This document shows, one piece after another, positions 57,186 to 64,000 of a stretch of DNA of 64,000 nucleotides. Where the stretch lies: assembly GCF_009914755.1 (NCBI RefSeq), contig NC_060934.1; one strand, 5' to 3'. The stretch's first letter is position 1, and each line of letters starts with the position of its first letter. The DNA is from the human T2T-CHM13v2.0 reference genome, Homo sapiens. The position numbers and the translations under genes were made by a program. The notes beneath the pieces were generated by a model that searched no databases, had not been told where the DNA came from, and saw nothing but the letters and a program-made list of their open reading frames with translations.

Positions 57186-58646
57186 AATATTGTTAATAAT
57201 ACAAAAAAGCATTATGTTTAAAAAACTGTGTCTTAAGCATGATTAAACAGTTGAGTCCTAGTTTTAAAATGTCTATATATGAAATAATTGTCAGCAGAAA
57301 TTTGAAAAACCCTAGGAACTGAAGCCTAGAGATATTTAATTGGATGCTTAAACTCTATGAGTCACAATGGACCTACAAAAATCCCTTGTGTCTACAGTTT
57401 AGTCATTCAGGTCAAACTGTCTAAAAAAAAAGTGAGGAGAAGGAAGGGATGGAGGGGCAGGAAAAGCTGTAAAAGAAAGAAATCAGCTACTATTCTTATT
57501 GGGTTTCCTATGTTAGTGAGAAGTCATTTTTACCTTGCTGCTTTTAGGACAGTGTGACATTAGGGCTTTAAAAGCTTAGTGCTCAATGGGTGGATGTGGC
57601 AGTGGCCTTAGGTCTTCTTGGCCTTCTTCTCTGAGTGTGAAGCCTCTACCTTTCCAGCTGAGACAAGGATGACTGGGGCTGGATAATTTTCAGCACTGCC
57701 AGACCCAAGGCAGAACCTCTGTCCCACAAGTGGGGGCTGAGTGGAAGAAAGAAGCCTTCATTTCTCGGCCTCACTCACCTAGAACTTAGCCTCAGCAATA
57801 GGTAGCTAAGGACTGCAAGGGAAATGGGGATGTCCTGCCCCTCCAGAGACGATAATCCTCTGAGGAACTGGGTGAGGAGCAAACCTCGTGTTCTTGGCTG
57901 CACTTCTCTGGGTTGGGTTTTCCATCTCCTTGAACTAGGAGGGGAGAGGGAGGGGGTGGGTCTTGGCACAAATATTATAGATTGCCACTGTTCTTACTGA
58001 GGTTTAGTAAGTTTTCTTGAATAAATATTTCTTCATTTGCTGTATGACCTTAGGATCATTTCCAGGGCTTTTAATTTTTATTTTTATAAAAAATAATTTT
58101 TACCAGTTTTGCTAAGAAATGGATCTTCAGAACTACTCATGCTACTGTGCTTGGAAGTGGAATCTCATTTCTAAAGTGCATCTGCCTCCAGATGGGCTAT
58201 TAGTCCCATTGTCCAAAGCCAGAGATGTCCTACATATGAAATACATTATCCAGAGGAATGGAATCGCAGATTTCCTGTGCAACCTGCACGACACTGTTGC
58301 TTTACATGATTCCTTCTAGTTATGTATTATTGAATCTGGGAAGTCACAATGCAGGTCTTTCAAAATATAGATGACTTTTCAGAGAAAAAGCAGAGTTTGC
58401 TCGGAGCAGTTGGCAGCCTTCCTTGGGGGTGAGAAGTTGTGGGTGAACATGACTCTCAGTGACCCCTGGCTCACTAACCTCTGCCCCATCTCTGGTTCTG
58501 CCTCTTCAACTCCCATCTCTTTGCTGATGTTCACTCTAGAGGCTGGGGATCCATAATGCCTATGGCTCAAGGATGCAGTGGGGGGTGGATACTTCACACA
58601 CAACTTATGAAAGCTCATCTTACAGTATCTTATTTAATTTTTTTAG

Positions 58647-59040
58647 GTTATGTCAAAATGTGGAGGATTAAAATAGCCCATGTGACAATGTCAAAGAGTT
58701 CCTGGTATTGAAATGGCTGAAATAGGAACACCAAGTCAAAAATGTTGCAAATATGTTCCACAGAGAGGATGTTTTTGGTGGCCTCTAGATTTGGGTGGGG
58801 AGGGATGAAGGTATGCATGCTGATGAGATGTTCTCTGAAGAGGATCAGTTTCAGGAAATTCAGGAAAGTCTGGAGGAAGAAACCGAGGCGTACATCACCA
58901 GCACCACACAAATCAGAGTTCACAAATGGCAAAGTTGGATGGCTTTTGAGAACTATGTCCTCCAGGAATTCTCAATGATTTCTTGTAGTCCACAATAAAT
59001 GTTGGAAGATGGTGGTATCTTAGCTCTTCTGTTAATAAAA
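58647..59040 (+). other. candidate terminal exon with two AATAAA signals
   Basis: Acceptor ttatttaattttttttag at 58645-58646; AATAAA at 58994-58999 and 59034-59039; unique sequence. Confidence 0.35.
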
Positions 59041-61177
59041 CCTTTTAATGTAAATTTTTACACATTTTAAATATTTCTAGGGGGGCTGGAAGAGGAGAAC
59101 ATAACATATAGCATGCAGTATTCCATAGAACTAGTTAATGTGGAGAGTTACTGAAAAAAATGTAATGAGTGAAATAGTATTACTTTTATTTATTTAATGC
59201 AAAAAAAACCTACCCATCAGTTCCTCATCGAATTAGAATATACCTGATGTTACCCTCCTGAGAATTGTTGGATCCACTTAGAGGACTCAGGCTTTGAGTT
59301 TGACACACACTGCTTTGGACCATTTGCATTTCTTCATCCCACACATCTAGACTCTCAGGAGGTCAGGTTTTCAGAAGGAGAAGTTGAGGAGGCGCAGGCA
59401 TTGTATCACTCACTACTTTCTTTAATTCAAATGCATTCCATGTCTCCTTATGTTGGAAGCTTCAATGACATTTTATCAGCTTGAGTATGCATGGCCCCTT
59501 AGCTTTCTGGCACTAAACGGAGAGAAATATTTAGAAATAAGTGAGTACTTTCTTGGAAATTCTACTTGTATATGATGGTGTAGGTAGATGAAGAGAATTA
59601 CATCGGATTCCTGTAGCTAGAGTAGAGATACATTATCATTTGTTTGGAGATTCTAGTTCTTCTCCAACATAGTCCATATATTGAAATAAAAACACTTCCA
59701 GTTGATTGGCTAATATATACATATATACATGTCTATGTATACATATACAAGCATACACAAATACATATGCAAATATGTGTGCATGTCTGTATGCTAATGA
59801 AAGGCCAACAGTTTCTAAGTGACTACTAGTTAATTCATAGCTAAAATATTGCTGTCACCCTTTTTATGTTTTGTAATGCTTAGTAACTACGTGATAGGTA
59901 CTGTATACAGAAAGGTTATGCAGCATGCTTTATTCTGTAGTTGTGATAGTGACTCAGTAAAGTTACAGTGAGACAATGTGATAATAATGAGAGCTGAAAA
60001 TGCTGCAGTCCATTCAAAGCACGATTGTCAAACTGGAATGTCTTGAGTTGGTGTGTCGTTCTTTAAAATTTTAGGAAAATGTTAGGAATCATTTTAATGA
60101 TTAATTCATGGTAAAGTAGCAAACATTCTTCTATTCCTGGTTCTCTCAAAGGTCATTTGTCAATCTATTTTTATTTTAAAATAATGTGTGTGCAGCATAT
60201 ACTTCATTAGGAAGGACATTCAGAGAGGTTTCTAGATGAGAATAAAATGAATTCAGGCACTTATTCAGAATGAGGCCAGATGTTTTCCCAGGAGTCTTGC
60301 ATTCCTAACCACAAGCCAGTGTCTGCCAGATTTGAGTGTTAGGTCTCAAAAACTAAACACCCCGCGCTTAATGCAAATTAAATTAGAATGAGAAAAGTAA
60401 TTATCCAGGACTTACAACGGCCAAGTAAAGAAATGAGATGACTGCCCTTCATACAAGGAGGTGCTGCTGATCTGCTATTAACAAGGTAAGTTCCCTGAGA
60501 TATTTTTCCTGGGTTGTGGTCACAAGGGACAGTTCTGAGCTAGCCATGTCTTCTCAGGCTTCCCGTTCCCTTTTTCCTAAAGGTACACTTGAGAAAACAG
60601 CTGGATGGGCTTAAGGAATAACTTCCTCTACAAAAACTGCCTAACAGGAGATGTGGCTTAGTGCATCTACAAAAATAAGCATTGGCCTATGTGCTGAAAA
60701 TAGTTCTGCTAGGTGGGAGGGCAGGTGGAGGCCACGCTGATAAAATGTAGGGCAATCTTGGTCAAACAAATCATGTATTGGGCCGAAAACATTTTCTGCT
60801 TCTGACTTTTTTGTTTGTTTGTTTCCATAGGAATTTGGCAGGGAAGGGAGACTGAGGAGAGGGAAGCTGATGATTTAGTGCATTTGCTTAATGTTGATCA
60901 TATATTTATCAGAGCAAGTACTGATCTCACATCCTGAAGATTTACTGCACAGTTGAACAGGGTGGAGGAGACTCAAGCGCGTTCTGGTGGGAACCCATCA
61001 TAATGCTGAAATCTGAGGTTGGATCTAATTCCCATGTAAATCAAGCTTGCTCTGGATGTTGCTTTTTGTGCAGTGGGGGACATGGTTTTGTTTGGGTTAT
61101 ATTTGAACCGCACTGTATCATAATAAAAGCCAGAATTAAACGTCATCTGCAAGAAGGCATTCATTCTCAGATTCAGG

Positions 61178-61270
61178 TATAGAATTTTAGAGCTGGAAAA
61201 GATATCTGGTTTGAGTGCCTGATTTTATAAATAGAAAACTAAGGGACTTGCCCAAGGTCACACAGCCATG
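61178..61270 (-). mobile_element. MIR fragment
   Basis: tagaattttagagctggaaaag...gacttgcccaaggtcacacagc. Confidence 0.7.
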
Positions 61271-62379
61271 AGCATCCCTCCCCAGATAACACAATAGCTT
61301 TTAGTACCTTGGGAGACATTATCTTTTAGGCAGACTCTGAAAAGTATCCGTTTTGAAAGAGCTTAGCTTTTTTTTGGCTTTAATCCTCACTTGAACGGTT
61401 TCTCTAATGCCTGTTTTTTTCTCGAACAACCATGAACACATCAATCAGATTTCTTGAATCTTTTATCCCTGCACAACACACTAGGCACATTGTAGCAATT
61501 ACAAATCTCAAAGGATACAGCTACAGGACTAATTTTCTGATAGTATAAAACATGATATAATTTTCAAACATGACATACAAACCATCTGAGTTTGTTGTGG
61601 GAGGTATACACGCCTCGAATGTAAACTTATACTTCAATAGTTAAGGATCCATCAGAAAATGCAATTGCATATGTTTATATGTTTATATTCCTCCTTTGGA
61701 ATCTTCCACTCTTCTCAGTTCTTATGAACTTGAGCACGGTAGAATTTGGTGAGAACCTCTGCTTAATTTGTTGTATATTAAATAAGTGTTTATGAACTGT
61801 TTGCTATGCACCTGACCCTCAATTTTACCATATGAGATTGCTAAGACTCAAGGCCAAAATGAACGGAGTGTGTTTTCCAGAGGAACCAAATTTTAGAGCA
61901 GGAAGGGACATTCAAGATCATGAGGCCACTCATGCAAGATGCAGAAACGGGACCAGATTGTTAGCATTCAGGCTGCATTCCATTCCATCACACCTGTGTC
62001 TCCCTTCAGTTCATGTCTTCTTATAGGATAAAATTATTTCATGAGTGATCATTTAAATGACAGGTTTAGGACAGGTTCTATTGACTTGGGCAAAAGGCAT
62101 CTTGTTCTTGATAAGTTCGCATTTAAATATGTTTTGTAGGATTGTTTTCAAAACTAAAGACCTACTTTCTTATAAAATTGAAAAAGATAATAATTTGAAT
62201 CAACTTGGTTATAGGAAGACAGCAATAGCATCTTGTAAATATATTTCTAAAGAGGAGAGAGAAATAGAGAATCATCCGTGTGAGCACGTTTCACTGAGAA
62301 AATGAAATTTAGGTCGTGAACCTTCAGGTCTTGCCATGTGGGCTTGATTGCTGAACGTACACGGAAAATCCTGTTAGCA

Positions 62380-62545
62380 TGGGAGGAGACATACTTGACA
62401 TCTGACTTAGCCCTTATTTCATAGATAAGAACAGGGAGTCCCATATGAGTTGTGACTTACCCAAGATCACATGGCCATTTAGTGGCAAAGCACATTGTTT
62501 CAAACCTCTGATGTCCATTCAACTGTTAGCTCATGTACTGTGCCC
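62380..62545 (-). mobile_element. MIR fragment
   Basis: cttatttcatagataagaa...gtgacttacccaagatcaca...tagtggcaaagc. Confidence 0.65.
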
Positions 62546-63721
62546 CCACCGCAGTCAAATATTCCAACAATCTTAAAAATACGAGCTACCTGAACATGGT
62601 CTTGACCATTTTGGTCTGAATCAAAGGAGCTCTCTAATAGTCCTGATGTTAGAGGGTGAATTTGAAACTTGCAATCTCTGGGTGCCTCCTTCAAGCTCCA
62701 GATCATTGTTTCTTATCAGACTGCCTTTACTGAGAAACTCAAACTTTTAAGTAATACTGACTGCATTTAATTGTTCTTTAGAATTCAGTCAGATTCCTCC
62801 GTAGAGAATGTGAATCCCAGCAGGTATCTTGACCAAACTACAATCTTCGCCTAATCTAAGCTTTCATTTAAAGTTTTTCTATAAAATATGAATTTGTGAA
62901 TGGGAGTTGATGGCTGGAGGCTGGGGAGTTTCAGGATATTGAATGAGCTGTCACATTACCATAACCTGATTTAGATTCCCCAGAAGGCAATTGTGACTGG
63001 AATTTTCTGGGCTGAAATGATGATGGGAGAGTTTTACGTAGAGAGGATATGACAGACTCAGCCTGAGGAGTGACTGTAAGGGGAACGAATTGTGACTGGA
63101 GGTGAAATTCAGGGGTATATAAAGGAATGCTTTGGGGCAGGGGCTACATTATGGGGAAAAAGGAAAGATAAATTTGGAATTTTGAGGGCATAGAAAATTT
63201 TAGGATCAGAATTACTTGTAGTGCATGGATGCGTTGAATCATAAATGATGAATTTTAAAAAATACAGTCACACATCAGTCATTGCAGTAAAGTAGCTGAG
63301 GTTTTTTAAAAACAATGATACCATTCTAGAACTTTTTTAGAAGCAAAAGCTTAAATCTCCAATGCTACTGTCAATCTTTGGTCTACACTTAAAAATTCCA
63401 AATTAAGGGAAGAACTAATTAGTGGTAGATCTCTTGGAATTGAATTATCTCAGGCAGCAGCTCAAGAATCTTTCTTGTTCATAGGGAAATTCTTGCAGGG
63501 AATTCATGATCTCGCTTGCTTTAATCTACTCCTGCTGGTTGTAAGGAGTGCAACGACGATGTTCCTTAGTATTTACTTGCTCTGCTGCCCCCAAGGTCAC
63601 TCATTCTGTTTCGCAAACGTGGCTTTGGCTCAGGGCTGCCTCACTGTGTCCTCTTGATGGGGCAAATGAGATCTAGAGAAGCCAAACTTCCCTGAGGTCT
63701 CAAGCCCACTAGGCCTGAAGT

Positions 63722-63902
63722 AAACAGCTAATGGTGTGTGAGGGCTTACACTATGCCCAGTGCTTTTACATGTATTAACCAGTTGAGGTCTCAGGATTCC
63801 TCATTTGCCACCCCTACTCTGAAATGAGGAAAGTTTAAAAACTTGCCCCAGGCCACTCAGGTAGGATATGTGGTGGATCTGAGAGTTGAAGCCAAGCAGT
63901 CT
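63722..63902 (-). mobile_element. MIR
   Basis: gtgcttttacatgtattaac...acttgccccaggccactcag...gaagccaagcagtct. Confidence 0.65.
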
Positions 63903-64000
63903 TTTTTTTTTTTTTTAATTGTGGCAAGAACATTTAACATGAGATTTACCCTCTTAACAAAGTTGTAAGTGTAAGATACAATATTGTTAGCTATAGGCAC
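63903..64000 (-). mobile_element. L1MA/L1MB 3' end, continuing beyond the window
   Basis: polyT-aattgtggcaagaacatttaacatgagatttaccctcttaacaa. Confidence 0.75.

Noticed and set aside
62989-63100. 13-bp direct repeat aattgtgactgga 99 bp apart, TSD-like
   Set aside because: The enclosed sequence has no polyA or element features; chance or an old local duplication

Overview
Primate genomic DNA, most likely ape or human: it carries AluJ/S/Y, FLAM/FRAM and an L1PA4-class LINE-1. I find no intact protein-coding gene, RNA gene or CRISPR array, and I cannot name the locus. Much of the window is interspersed repeat (about 18 Alus, several L1PA/PB/M elements, L2, MIR, MaLR/ERVL solo LTRs, hAT-Charlie fossils). 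Subfamily names come from recalled consensus sequences and need RepeatMasker/Dfam confirmation. Best-supported unusual feature: a 5.6-kb minus-strand L1 (17090-22716) whose 5' UTR lacks precisely the GT-AG intron 97/622, so it is a retrotransposed copy of a spliced L1 RNA (SpIRE). Other insertion or repair scars: a ~17-bp twin-priming inversion, a probable 3' transduction, an Alu split by captured DNA, and a templated insertion with a hairpin. The most speculative lead is a pair of plus-strand exon candidates (41828-42153 and 58647-~59040) with good splice and polyA signals, phase-compatible and stop-riddled but protein-like; they could be a lncRNA or a decayed (unitary) pseudogene. There are also minus-strand microexon-like sites. 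The sequence alone does not demonstrate a new biological system; the exon leads need RNA and conservation data.
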